Positions 40,854 through 53,910 of a stretch of DNA of 64,000 nt are shown one piece after another. A program made the position numbers and the translations under genes. Every line of letters starts with the position of its first letter. Position 1 is the stretch's first letter. Under the pieces are notes generated by a model, which saw nothing but the letters and a program-made list of their open reading frames with translations, ran no database searches and was not told where the DNA came from. Source of the stretch: Hydrolagus colliei (Eukaryota); NCBI GenBank assembly GCA_035084275.1, contig CM068742.1:77934001-77998000 (forward strand), read 5' to 3'.

Positions 40854-41949
40854 AATGTTACAAAATAGAACTGCTCTACATTATTTCATAACTGTAGATA
40901 TTATTTCATTTAGATTAGCAATGCAAGATTGAGTACAAGAGATAGAATAATTTGCAAAAAAAAATGTAATCTATGGAACCAGCTAGATGGACAGCAATGA
41001 TCTTTTCTGATTTTGTGCATTCATATCTCCCTAAGATGAGAGTGCAATGAGTGGAAAGCAAGGGAAATAGCCAACCAAAAGCCCCGATTCAGCAAGAAGT
41101 GGTTAACTTTGTGTTTGAACTTCCACTGAATACAAGGGCAAAGTTTCAGGCAGCAACACTGAGCTGGAGTTCCACTCACAGAAGTATTTCTATTAACATT
41201 GGGAGGACGTTTTGAATTAGAGGGGAATGGTGAGACGCTGCAGCAGCAGTCTGTGTTTCTGGCACATATAAAGTTTCTGCTTTTAGCAATAAAAAACTCT
41301 TGTGGTGCTGCAGTGTTCATAATCTTGCGCATGAATTCCACACACATCAGTGCTGTTAGAAAAGGTTGCATCCAGCGATGGAAGGAGGAAACCCTTCATC
41401 CAGTTCACTGGACCGAATTTCCCTCAGACAGCTCTGAATCTAGAACAAGGGCGGGATGTCTTCCACAGATTGATGAACTCGACTACTAAAGGGGTCTATC
41501 AAACGTTCTGTTTGGATTTTCCATAATAAACATGAAATGCAAAGTTTCCTGCTTTCAGAGATTGCATATGACATATTATGTTTCAGCATTATGTGGGCAG
41601 ATTGTTTGTAGCAATGTTTTTCTTTCTCTGATAAGTAAGATTTGCACTTCTTGAGAATTCTTGTTCTTTTACCAGTTCGCACAGCCTCTTCTCCACCCAT
41701 GCAAATTAAGAGATAATTATCAAGCCGAGAAACCAGATGTTTGTCTCTGAAGAATAAATTGAACTCTTATATGGAAAATGTTGCTAGCCAACATCACAGT
41801 TAAGATTTCTGGCAAAACTATTGACTTGATCTTTCCAGTTCTGCAGGTATCACACTACTTGTCAGCCTACTGTCTGATTCTGTCAATATCTGCCAGCAGC
41901 AATTCAATCCCCTTTTGTCTTTAGGTAGGGAGTTAATCACTCTGTGGAG

Positions 41950-42110
41950 GGGGTGTCATCAGCAAATAGCACATAACTTTACATGCCATCCTACAGGCCA
42001 TTGATCAAGACAAAGAACAGAGCAGGGCCAAGGACACTTCCCCTGAGGGACTCAGTGATAAATAATGGAGAAAGAGGAACAGCACCCATTCACCACATGC
42101 TGGGGTTTAA
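41950..42110 (-). mobile_element. Old non-LTR RT fragment
   Basis: Reverse complement gives a decayed PQGSVLGP.LF...IN...LFADDT. Confidence 0.6.
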
Positions 42111-42183
42111 CCAGTCTTCTTCCATCCCCTATGTGTACATTACTGTGTTGCCAATCTCCATATACGTGTGTACATTACTGTAC

Positions 42184-42370
42184 AATAATCCTTGCATTTG
42201 ATACAGCAGTTTATCACGTCATTTAGATGTCTCAGCACTTCACAGTATACACGATAAAGTTAATTCACTGTAATATTTTGTGGACTAAATGTCACAGTCA
42301 ATTGCACACAACAGTGTCCCACAAACAGTCTGAATTACCAATCTCCACTCCCCCAAAGATTATTGTTATG
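42184..42370 (-). mobile_element. SINE 3' part
   Basis: Tail and cagtgtcccacaaacagtc core. Confidence 0.7.
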
Positions 42371-43556
42371 TACATTCGGTTAGTGGAAGGAGTACCCATT
42401 GTGTGAGTTGTGTTCCTAGAGCATCCTATTAAAAAATTACTTCAAATTAGACTCAATTGTGTGTATATGACAATATTACCAGGTTGCATGTCATGCATAT
42501 TGCAGATGTGTAAACTAGTTTAACCTTCCCTATTTCTTCATACAGGTACCATCTGTATTAAATATCTCTGTTTCTCCAGCCATGCACAATGCAGTTTCTC
42601 CACTCTCCACCTTTACATAATTGTTTGTAAGTTTCAATCCTTCTGCACTTAGAAATTGTTGAATTATTCATCTCAAATTTCTTCTAAGTCCTTGCTGTCT
42701 CGTATAAATTAATGGGAAAGCCAAGCATAAGCAAACATTAAGCCAGCACCAACCCGAATATCAGTGCATTTGATATTCCTTCACATTTGAAAACATGTAA
42801 AGAACTGTGCAAACATGAATCGTTTTTTTTCTGGTATAGATAGTGTCCATTTTCTCACAAATGTGGGTTGTGTTTCTCATGGACTTAATGAAAATCACAA
42901 AGAATTGTTCTTTTGTATTGAAAAAATTGCATACCACATTAAACAAATGGTAATATGATCCTACTCATTTGTAAAGCATAGTAAGAATTACACTCCACTT
43001 AGGGCAGGAGGAATGGACAGCGCTGGAAAAGACCCGTCTAATCTCAAAATACAAAGCTACATGAATACTTTCAATCCCAAGTCTAATTTTAATCAAAGGA
43101 TTGAAGTCTGCACAATTTTTCTGTTTGATATTTACAGAGAGTAATTTCCATCAGCACATACAACATTCACACACAAACCAGAAATGTCATTCACATTTCC
43201 TTCCATCTCCTTCAAAACATTCAATAATTTAAACTAAATTCAACTAAAAATGGGATGGTTCATAACCCATTCAACATGATAATTATCACATTGAATCTGT
43301 TAAAGAAGCATCAGGATTTAAATCCTATTCTTCTTTGGTTGCATCTTCCCAGTTTGTGATCCACAATTATGGTGACCATTTCACCCACAAACTGTAGACA
43401 ATATATTCGGTAAAGTGCTTTGAGACATCTCAAAGATTTCAAGGTGTTATATCAAATGCAATGATTTTATTATTGTAACAGTCACTGTATTTTACATTTT
43501 CATCTATGAAGTGCTTTGAGACAGTTTAATAACCGAATAAGATACTATATTTAAAG

Positions 43557-44010
43557 ACAACAATAAGAAATTATATTTGTATAAAGCCTTTTACGTCGGG
43601 AAAATGTCAGAAGGTGCTGAACAGTCAGAGATTTGGAGCTGAGCAGGGTTTGCAATCATGAGGGGTGGAGTGCAGGGAGGATAGGGTTGGAAGGGTGACC
43701 AATAGTGCAGTCAATGAGAAGGGTCTTGAGACATGCCTCTGAGGCACGACACATACAAACTGCTGTGCGCAATTGGCTGCCGCATTTCGCCCATAAATAT
43801 ACAGTCAATTCACTTTACAGTATTTTCTGTGAAGCACTTTGAGACATCTAGAAGATGTGAAAAGCACTAAATCAAATGCAAGGATTACTATTAGTATTAT
43901 TATTACAGGAAGCAAGGGAGCGAGCAAGGCAAAGAGACTATGAGATGGAGATCCAGATGGTGGTGGCAGAGAAGCTAAAGGCCCAACAACCAATGGTGTG
44001 GGGCCACCGT
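43557..44010 (-). mobile_element. L2 3' fragment interrupted by a plus-strand SINE 3' half (~43757-43905)
   Basis: L2 breaks after gggtcttgagacatgcc and resumes at ggaagcaagggagcgagcaaggc. Confidence 0.7.
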
Positions 44011-45077
44011 GGAGGGCCTTGCTCCTTAGTAACAAGGATTATTATTATCATCGTCCACTGAACAACTGACAAAGTACATTATTTTAATGTGAAAGTTCAT
44101 CTGCATCTGAGCCTACATAAATGGCTATTACATTGATAAATGAGTTAGCCAAGCGATAAGCAATCACAACTACTTAAAAACTAAGACACCTACTTCATTG
44201 AAATAAGCATAACCACAATGGTGCAATCTTGTTAAGCTTGCAATGGGGTTAAAATGATTTAATTAAATCTAAATTGAGGACATTTTATAATATGTACAGT
44301 TTTAAGAGACTTCAAACTGAAAGAAAGCAATTTTAATGCAATTAGCTTCACAGAAGAAAACATTTGTGAAATTATGGGTTCACAGATTTAGCAGGAATAC
44401 CAAAAGTGAAGGCTCATTAATGGTGAAGAAGTCTTCTGCATAGAAAAGATGAACCAGTTAGTTTGGAGCATGAAATTCAGTGGAATGAAACATTCCAGGA
44501 TTGCTCACATTCCCAGAGTATTTTTTAAAAAATGCAAGCAACTAATTGTTCTCAATTATATTCCATACTGAATATAAAGATTAAGCAATAAATCTTTTGG
44601 CTTTTAAACAGGTTTCAAAGGGGATTTTTTTCCTCTCTCTTGCTATGTCTAAATTAGCTGATATATAAAATGGTTCAAAAGAACCTTTTTTTTAATTAAG
44701 CAAATGTGTTTTGTTCATTGTACGAACCCTTTAACATAATTTGCCTACAATTACAAAGATGAACTTGACACATTCACCTACAAACGTGTAGTAACTACAT
44801 TTGATAGTAATTCCTGCAAAGTCTTATGAAACGTTTTGATGAAGTAATAAGGTGCTATATCAAATGCAGGGATGATTATATTAATATTGTAATATCAAAA
44901 CCAGTCAGCTGCATAAATACATAAAGCTCACTCTCAGCTGTTTTCACTCCCTGCAGCAGATAGAGGGTATAATTCTCAGATTGCCTCTATAAGAAGGTGC
45001 CAACACATGGTATTGTCCAAGTATAATACTGATTTACAGAATAGACATCAGCTTTGTAGCCAAGGGAAAATATATTT

Positions 45078-45149
45078 AACAGGCTCAAATATGAACAGAT
45101 CAAAAACAGGCTCAAATATGAACAGATCAAAAACAGGCTCAAATATGAA
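45078..45149. repeat. Perfect 27-nt tandem repeat, 2.7 copies
   Basis: Unit aacaggctcaaatatgaacagatcaaa. Confidence 0.95.
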
Positions 45150-45224
45150 TCTATTCAAGCAATACATTTTCACATTGAATTAGTGAATTCACAAGTATAT
45201 ATATTCCTTGTTACATTCCTTGAC

Positions 45225-47242
45225 TCATAGATTCATAGATTCATAGAATTTTACGGCACAAAAGGAGGCCATTCGGCCCATCTAGTCTGTGCCGACTCTT
45301 TGAAAAGAGCGATTCAATCCCACTGCCCTGCCCGCTCCCCATAGCCTAATAGACCTGTTCTCCCTAAATAAAGATCTAATTCCCTTTTAAAAGTTGTTAT
45401 CGAATCAGCCTCCACCACCTTTTCAGGCAATGCATTCCAGATTCGAACAACTCGCTGAGTGAAAACATTTCTCCTCAGCTCCCCTCTACTTCGCCTTGAA
45501 ACTATTTTAAATCTGTGACCATGAGTCACAGATTCGCCCACGAGTGGAAATAGTTTTTCTCTATTTGTCCTGTCGACACCCCTCATGATCTTATAAACGT
45601 CTATTAGGTCTCCCCTCAATCTTCTCTGCTCCAGAGAGAATAACCCTAGCCTATCTAGCCTCTCCTCATAGCTGAAGTCCCTCAATCCTGGCACCATCCT
45701 AGTAAATCGTCTTTGTACCCTTTCCAATGTCTTCACATCCTTTCTGTAGTGTGGTGACCAGAATTGAACACAGTATTCCAGCTGAGGCCTCACCAAAGTC
45801 TTATAGAGGTTAGTCAGCACTTCCTGACTTTTGTACTCTATACCCCTATTTATAAAGCCTAGTATCCCATATGCCTTCTTAACAGCCTTGTCTACCTGTC
45901 CTGCCACCTTCAACGAGTCACTAACACAAATCCCCAGGTCTCTCTGTTCCTTCACACCATTTAAAATTGTACTATCTAGCCTGTATTGCCTCCCTTCATT
46001 TCTTCTCCCAAAATGCATCACCTCACACTTCTCTGCATTAAACTTCATCTGCCATGTGTCTGCCCACTTTACCAATTTGTCTATATCCTCTTGCAGATGG
46101 CTACTATCCTCCTCACTATTTACTATTCTCCCTAACTTAGTGTCATCTGCAAACTTGGATACTGTACTCCGTACACCCAAGTCCAGATCATTGATGTAGA
46201 TTACAAACAGCAATGGTCCCAAAACCGATCCCTGTGGCACACCACTGCTCACTTCCCTCCAGTCGGAAAAACAGCCGCTCACTACAACTCTCTGCTTTCT
46301 GTCTCGCAGCCAGTTGTGGATCCACGCTGCCACTGTCCCTTTTACGCCATGGGCCTTTAATTTCCTAATAAGTCTCTCATGTGGCACTTTGTCAAATGCC
46401 TTTTGAAAGTCCATGTAAACTACATCAACTGCGCTACCATTATCCACCCATTCCGTTACCTCATCAAAAAATTCTATCAGATTTGTAAGGCAAGATTTGC
46501 CTTTAACAAATCCATGTTGACTGTCCTTTATTAGCCTATATCTTTCTTAGTGAAAATCTACCTTGTCCCTGATTATGGACTCTAGAAGTTTGCCCACTAC
46601 CGACGTTAGACTGACTGGTCTGTAGTTACCAGGCTTGTCCTTCTGCCCCTTTTTATACAAGGGAGTAACATTAGCTATCCTCCAGTCCTCTGGCACGACC
46701 CCTGTGTCCAAGGAAGATTGAAAGATCGTGGCCAGAGTCCCTGCTATTTGCTCCCGTGCCTCACTTAGTAACCTAGGGTGATTCCCATCCGGACCAGGTG
46801 ACTTATCCACCTTGAGCGACGTCAACCTTTTTAGAACTTCCTCTCTGGTTATAATTATTCTATCCATTGCTCCTACCCTCTCCTCCAATACCATGGCATT
46901 GGCTGTATCCTTTTATTTTGTGAAGACAGAGGCGAAGTACTCATTCAGTACATCAGCCATGCCCTCTGCCTCCACAATGAGATTTCCTCCTAGGTCCCTA
47001 ATTGGCCCCACCCTATCCTTGACCAACCTTTTACTCTTAATATGTTGGTAAAAAACCTTAGGGTTCCCCTTAATCTTACTCGCTAATTGTTTTTCTTGCA
47101 GTCTCTTTGCCCCTCTAACTTCCTTTTTTAGTTCTATCCTACACTTCCTATATTCTGCTTGGTTCCCTTCTGAATTTTGAGCCTGACACTTATCATAAGC
47201 CTCTTTTTTTTGGTTTATCTTGGCCCCGATTTCCTTAGTCAT
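45225..47242 (-). mobile_element. Young 5'-truncated CR1 LINE (ORF2 RT and C-terminal region, 3' UTR, octamer tail)
   Basis: ORFs 46913..47287, 46547..46894 and 45314..46447 share one frame, broken only by two stops. Motifs KSPGPDG, NYRPVSLTS, DFQKAFDKV, SGVPQGSVLGP, FADDTK, YCVQFWSP. Tail ATTCTATG/AATCTATG. No endonuclease domain. Confidence 0.95.
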
Positions 47243-48637
47243 ATTTGAGCTTGATGTGATTTTAAGATGAACCAACAAAAACACCATACCATAACTAACA
47301 GTTTTACAAGTCTTCTTCCCACTTAGAGATGTAGTGTAAGACCACCCGAGGAAAGTCGTCTCATCAATTCAGCATTGCACCAGCTGTAGCATAATTGCAG
47401 ACTAGCTTGTGCAAAGTGAACATTAAACCTTAAAACATTAAGATTGTTTAGCATCAGTAAGAAAGCTGGCAGGACTAACATTAAAAAAACATTCATTTAA
47501 TACTTGATTCATTTATTCATGGCAACAGAGTCTCTGCTGTTGCCATAAGCGAATATTAGCAGAGAACTTAACCCTGGTACAGAGTGATAAGGAACTGACA
47601 GCACAATTGTGGTCTCCCCACTCTGCACCTCTCTATCACATGCACCACATCTACCTGAACAGACAGTGTAACCAGGCTATCAAATTCAAGCACTTAAAAC
47701 ATCTACCCAAACAAGTTCATAATAAATAAGTACATAAATGAATCTTTGGGAGCACTTGACCCTAACATGCCAACATCCTGACATGGATTCACAACAACAA
47801 CTTGGTTTAGCACCCCTCACACAGGGTAGCCTCGGGGAGCAATTAACTAATTGGGGATGCATTGTTCTAATCCCTGCTACCAAAATATTTATGACTACAA
47901 ACAAAACTTAAAAACAATGGAGACTCCTTTTGCCCATTCTTTATGACCAGTACAATGTGACCTCACCTACATGGGGTGTTCGAAATGCATTCGATTAATT
48001 GTTCTATCACTTTTAATCTTTAAATTATTTTTAATGAAAATAATTATATTTTGCAGCATTGATGAAAACAAGCGAAAGTTTGTGTATTATCTCAGTCTAG
48101 CTAAATATACACCTCAGATTCCAAAGGTTTACCTGCTTGTTGCACAACCCATGCTATTAGAAACTGAAAATGTATTTGCTTTGCAGTTCAGAGATTTTAT
48201 AACTAAATCCTATATTATTAGTTGGTTGGTATGCACCTTGGATTGTCCAGCATCTTGGATAATCCTCCCGATGTGAACAATAATTAAATATAACTTTCTA
48301 TTCTATTGTATTTACTGATTCACCAGATTTGAACAGGGTCGGTTAAAAAGTAATACGATAGAGATTTTCAAAACTCTGTTAAGTTTTTAAAAGGAAAGAT
48401 AGTCAATAGTCCACTAGTTAATGAAATCAACAGCAAAGCAATAATACAAATACGCAACCACTACACTGCACAGCATAGCGCTATGAAGCAATTTGAAACA
48501 TTTCTACAATGTAATAAGGCCTTATGTCACATGCAAGAATTATGATTGCTAGAATTTCAGTATTAACACTGAAGGGGATTTTTTTTCCCCATCCACAATT
48601 GTTTAGAATATGAAATGCTTCTCCACTTGTGGCTATA

Positions 48638-48930
48638 AATAATAATAATCCTTGCATTTGAAATAGTGCTTTTCATGTCTTCTAGACGTCTCAAAGCACT
48701 TCACAGAATATAGTGTAAAGTGAATTGACTGTATATTTGTGGCCGAAACACGGCAGCCAATTGCACACAGCAGTGTGCCACGAACAGTCATAGATTGAGT
48801 GACAAACTTTTTGTTGTTGGAATTATTATCCAAGAAACGCAATCTGCTATCCAACTAACCATTGTGTTCCCACTTACTAGGTAAACAGAAGCATGTGGAG
48901 TAAGGAAACTTTCCCAATAATTTTGCCTAG
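48638..48930 (-). mobile_element. SINE (long subfamily), head missing
   Basis: Tail, core, acttactaggtaaacag block. Confidence 0.85.
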
Positions 48931-49171
48931 ATGATGAGTCCATAACGTATAATAGAGAGTTGAAGGAAAACTAACACAAAGAGTATGGATCGGGATGAAG
49001 GAATTAAGATCAAAGTATATAATGACCAAAATATGTGGTTGTATGTTTCTATGATTTACAGTAGTTCCATCACACTTCCTCATTCTGTGTCTTGACAACA
49101 ATTGATACAACACTTTAACAGAGAGAAAGCCACACCTAAGAAAGTGAATTTTCATCTAAATAATGACTCAC

Positions 49172-49471
49172 TTAGATATGGTGGCTTGTAAGGTGCACGT
49201 GTACTGGTCAGAAGGGCATCATATTCTTTCCTGTCCAAATTGGATGGATGTGACTTTTCTTTTCCAAATGTAGAGAAGGATTTCTCCCCAGTCTGCTCTG
49301 GAACTTCGTAGACCTCAGTGTCAGGCACAGAGTCCATGCCGGGGACATGCAGATTACTGCGGTAATCAGAGCCTTGGCGACCATCTGTAGGCACAAAGGT
49401 TGGCATCCAACATCGGTCTGAGTGCCCCAGAGCTTTACACTCTTCTGTGCAATTGGAAAAGAGATCAGCAC
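49172..49471 (-). CDS. PCDH10: Protocadherin-10 (delta-2 protocadherin) penultimate coding exon, cytoplasmic tail with CM2 and WIRS motifs
   Basis: Translates (G)ADLFSNCTEECKALGHSDRCWMPTFVPTDGRQGSDYRSNLHVPGMDSVPDTEVYEVPEQTGEKSFSTFGKEK...TRAPYKPPYL. CM2 (CTEECKALGHSDRCWMP) is at 49401-49451 and WIRS (FSTFGK) at 49260-49277. Acceptor ttgttttgcctgtag|GT, donor CTAA|gtgagt; 300 nt, phase 1-1. Closely matches the PCDH10 tail as I recall it. Confidence 0.95.
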
Positions 49472-52151
49472 CTACAGGCAAAACAATCAGAAACAGACGG
49501 TATTACATTGTGGTATCAGGATAGCTGCCCGTCCACTGAGAACTGGGATTTCACGCCTACATTGATTGCCTACTTGATTCGAAATGTACATCCCTGCCAA
49601 TGTTTCTCTGGCATGATCCTCATTACCCCCACTCCTACATTTTTTTTTGCCTCTCACACCAGCAATTTAACTCTTCCTCTGCTTCAGGAGTGAAGACAAA
49701 ACTGCAATTCCTTCATTTTTATCTGTCTTTATGCACTTGGGTGAACACAAAATGGATAGGATCCACCAACCTTTCTTCCATCTCGTCATTCTCCCTGTGA
49801 TACAGCCAGTGAACAATAGTTGTAAAAAAAATGCAACGCTGCCCTGAAAAATGAAGGGCCAAGGGGATTTTAACATTCTAATCAACCTTACTTCCCTCAG
49901 TAACACAAAAAAGAAGACCTTTTAGTACTGCCCCACTGAAATGTTTATAAGTGTACCTCAGCGACTGAAAAGTCAACCAGGGATGGAGTTTTGCTGTAGA
50001 TTTTCCCCACTGTGAATTCTTGCAACAGCAAAAATTCATTTTCTGTAAAGGGCAAGACTAACCTGCTTATTGATGCACGCAAGCAGAAAGGTCATCTGTT
50101 TTTTTGTGCCCGGCTGACTTATACTGTTGTTGGAAAAACTGCATGTGTACCTAAGTTGGAGAAGGAAACTGTTTCACCTTCATACGAACAATGATGTATA
50201 CTTTCCATAATTGCAGGCACCACTTGTAATACATATCAAAGCTGGTTCAGGGCCCGTCACACAAGCTTTGATTACTGATAAGGGGTTGCTTGTCCATATA
50301 GCTTTAAGACATGGAGAACACTAATGAGCTGACGTCAAGACACCGAAAAAACTGCCTCATTATGTTATCCGTTGCAATGAAACCATAATGGCTTGTATGA
50401 TAGAGATTCCAGATCCACTTCGGGCACCAATGTGCACTCCCCTTACTTTCGTTATACCAGCATGTAACCCATCAATTTGGATTTTGAATTATATATGGCT
50501 TCTGGGTTCATCAAGGTGAAGGATGTCAGTGTTGGAAATAGAACACTTTGCAATGCTTTTGTAACCAGCGGCAGCATTCAACAATCCCTATTTCAGTTTA
50601 TAGCCTGGGTTAAGATGTAGAGGAAAATAAAATTCACAGCACCAGCACTGCCATCAATGGCAACACTGGAAAAAAAATAAGGCAGCATTAAATGCAATGG
50701 CATCACCAAAATCATGAATAACTCTGCACTGTAAGCAAGGCTCTGCCACTGACCAAAAAGCAGCAGTATATTTGGAATGCAAAGAGCCAGCAATTTAAGT
50801 CTTTCTCCCTCTGTCCTTCTGTTCAAGGTTTGGGAAGTGTGTGTGCCCACCTGTGCCGACTCATGATGTTACTTCTGGATCACTGACCTGCCACACCTAT
50901 GCTCCAACATTAGGCATAGGTGTGGCAGGCGCAAATGGTTCTTTTGTATGCAATTTGCAAACAGCTGTACATATTCAGGGTTACACAGGCACCGTTTGTT
51001 ACCATCAGAACTGAAACATTTGCCCTGCAATGGAAATGGGGCAAATTGCACAGTGGCAGCAGCCTAAACCATTACAGAACCACTTCAACCGTAATGTAAA
51101 TAGGTCAGACAACTCCCTCTACTGTATCCCCAAAAGGTACCTTAATCCCACACACAATCTCATCAAGGCACCAATGCGATGTTTCTAATCGCAAGTGAGC
51201 TGTATCTTCATGATCATGGGAATGCTGCCGTTATTCTAGTAATGAGCACAGGTGATTCACCATTCATGAATGAGACTCATTAAATTAGCACAAAAACAAT
51301 TTCAGGCTGAAGCAGTTTGTTGATCTTACCATCGTATCCAAGACCACAGTAACAATCCCAGACAGCAGAACATTGGGCCAACTAGCCTACCCCTCCAAAA
51401 CAGAGCAATCTGCCCAATCTGATTTCAACTGAAATGAGGAGCAACACTGTAGAGATAGATACCTATGTGTGTATGCACTGGCTCTCCGCACTTCAGAGGA
51501 AACAACAACAGCAACTTGGATTTATATAGCCCTCTCCACGCCGGACGGTCTCAGAGTGCTTTCAAACCTGGAGCACCCAGTGTGTAGGTCAATACGTCAG
51601 GCTGCAATCACAGCAATTTACTCACCCTCCTGAATCTGCCAGTCTGACAGCAAGTCAGGTTTGAAAGGAGGCTAGTTCCCATTCTTATTATGATGTAACA
51701 ACAATGACTTGGCAAAGATCAGCTTCTTAGGTGTCAAATAGGAGATGCCACGGACTGACTGAGCCCATCTTCTCCTTCGAGAATAAGCTTCCAGTGAAAC
51801 CTCTGTCAAGGCCCTAATTCATATTAGAATTAATTCCAGAGAATATAAGGTATAGGTTGACACGAGCCAAGACTTGGGGACCCGAGTGTGCATTAGGCTA
51901 CTGCTAAAGTTTAACCATCCTAAACATACACAGCTTTCCATTGAGAGTAATGGCTGTTAAACTTCCTATTGCTTGTCCAGCAAGGACCACTTCACCTGTA
52001 GCGGTGTTGGCTTTCAGAGTTAACAGAAGCTAAGTGGGAGGAATTGCTGACTCTCCAAGTTCTGCTGATGAGTTGGTAAGGTTGGTCTGTCATTAGCAAA
52101 AATGCCTGGCTCAGGAAAGGACTACTTAGATGACCACTCAATTCTGACATT

Positions 52152-52524
52152 TAATAATAATAATAATTCTTGTATTTGAAATAGTGCCTTATCACATCAT
52201 CAAGACGTCTCAAAGCACTGCACATAATAAAGTGAAGTGAATTGACGATACATATTATAGATGAAACATGGCAGTCAATTGCACGTATCAGTGATCCAAC
52301 AGTTGTGGATTGAGAGACCAAATCTTTTTTAAAAATGTTTGGAGGAAATATTACCCCAGAAAACAATCCGCCAATCAACTAATAAATGCATCCCTGCTTA
52401 TTGTTAGGTAAACAGAGGTGTGTGGAGTACAACATTTTGGCCTTAGGTTTCGCTCCACCCAGGAATCGAACCTGGGTCCACTCACTTGTGAGGGCAGTGC
52501 TCTGACCACTACCCTACACTACTC
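52152..52524 (-). mobile_element. Full-length SINE (long subfamily)
   Basis: ggaatcgaacctggg (reverse-complement B box), taggtaaacag block, tail. Confidence 0.85.
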
Positions 52525-53589
52525 TAAACATGTCTTCTTGGAGCCAGCTCAGTTCAGGGAAATCCAGCATATTACCACTGCACCACCATCCCTCTCCAAT
52601 CCCCCAAGAAGGATAAGGCTCCATGAATTATTTTGAGGAAGAAATAGGCAACAGCATCTATAGATAAATAGTACTCTAGTCTTTAAAAATACTTGATTTA
52701 ATTCCAGAAAACGTTGATGCTTGCACTTTTTTTTCCCAATGAAGCACAAAATACAATATACAGAAATCTATTAAATTCAATAGTGAGATTAAATTTCATT
52801 CACTGCAGGGTAAAATAGTATTGCATTGGTTCTGATCTGTTCCAAAAGATCAAATCTCACTTCAAGTAAAAACATTTAGATTAAAATTTTAGTCCATGGT
52901 TATTAAAGATTAAATTCTCTGTCCTTATTCCAAGGCCACGATAATCTGTTAACCAGATAAAATTTTCTAAGAGTGACTTTTTTGCACGACTTCATGTCAA
53001 AACATGAACCTTTTGAATCAGTGAAATAATGATAGCTTGTTAAACTTTGGTTATGTTTCTCTGGAGGCTTTCAGTACTTTGGGTATAACATCTTGATTTT
53101 TTTAAAAACATCTATGCTTATTCCCAATCTTAAAGTATGTGCTCTAAATGAAGCCTGTTTAGAGGGAACTATAGAATTATATATGATGCTAAAAGGAGAA
53201 CAATGAGCCATAATGTATTTTGATCCAAACATCCAAATAGTTCAGTACAAGAGTAGACTAGGCATACAAACAATGAACCACCTAAAAAAAATGTACTTTC
53301 ATAAGAATAGTTATTAAGAGTTCTTATGATCTGAAACATGTGATAAATTGTTCTTAGCCATTTGCCTTAAGATTTGTGCTCTGTGGAGGACTGTACAGGC
53401 AAGCTTTCAACTAAAATATAGGTTTGACACTGAAGGCAAGAGGTTCCACGATCATTGGGTACAACACTAAATGTTGCCAAATTCTCTCTGTGAGATTTAT
53501 TTTTCTGGCAGAGAATTATTAACCTTGGGATGTTCTCGTGAAGGGTGCTCTATAAATGTAATGTTGTTGTTGTTATTTGAACACAGTAT

Positions 53590-53910
53590 GTTTCACCACA
53601 AGTGGCTGTTGAAGCTAAGGGAACAATGACATTTAAAAGACAATTGAATGAATACTTGAAGAGAAACCAACCAAAAGGGTATGGGAAAAGTATGGGGAAT
53701 TGGGATGAGAGTAAATGATTCTTTGTGTAGTACAGAGGTTTTAGTCAGTTGTTCTTCAATCAATTTCTTCCCCTCCCCTCTATTACCACCACCATCACCT
53801 AACACATATGTTTATGTCTGAAATAAGCTTCTCCACAGAGACTGGGATCAAAACTGTTAACATCCACCAGCTCAGTTTCCATAGGCTGAATGGGCTCCTC
53901 CTAGAATGTA
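53590..53910 (+). mobile_element. Old CR1 3' end split by a 136-nt inserted segment
   Basis: Decayed VEA...FK..L..YL.....GYG.....WD coding end, then ggctgaatgggctcctc after the insert. Confidence 0.6.

Larger units (their letters stand above)
30255..49171 (-). other. PCDH10: PCDH10 last intron (18,917 nt, GT-AG)
   Basis: Bounded by donor gtgagt (49171-49166) and acceptor ctgcag (30260-30255). Confidence 0.88.

Noticed and set aside
40476-40868. Recurring peptide ...YSVKRFE.S.RCEKRYIKCKDYYY in many short ORFs, looking like a small protein family
   Set aside because: It is the translation of the SINE 3' tail; frames and starts differ between copies.
45078-45149. 27-nt direct repeats next to an RT, resembling a CRISPR array
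   Set aside because: Head-to-tail tandem repeat with no unique spacers, in vertebrate DNA with no cas genes.
45314-46447. Open 377-aa RT ORF as a domesticated gene or retron-like system
   Set aside because: Ordinary CR1 ORF2 with 3' UTR, octamer tail, upstream stops and a near-identical sibling copy.
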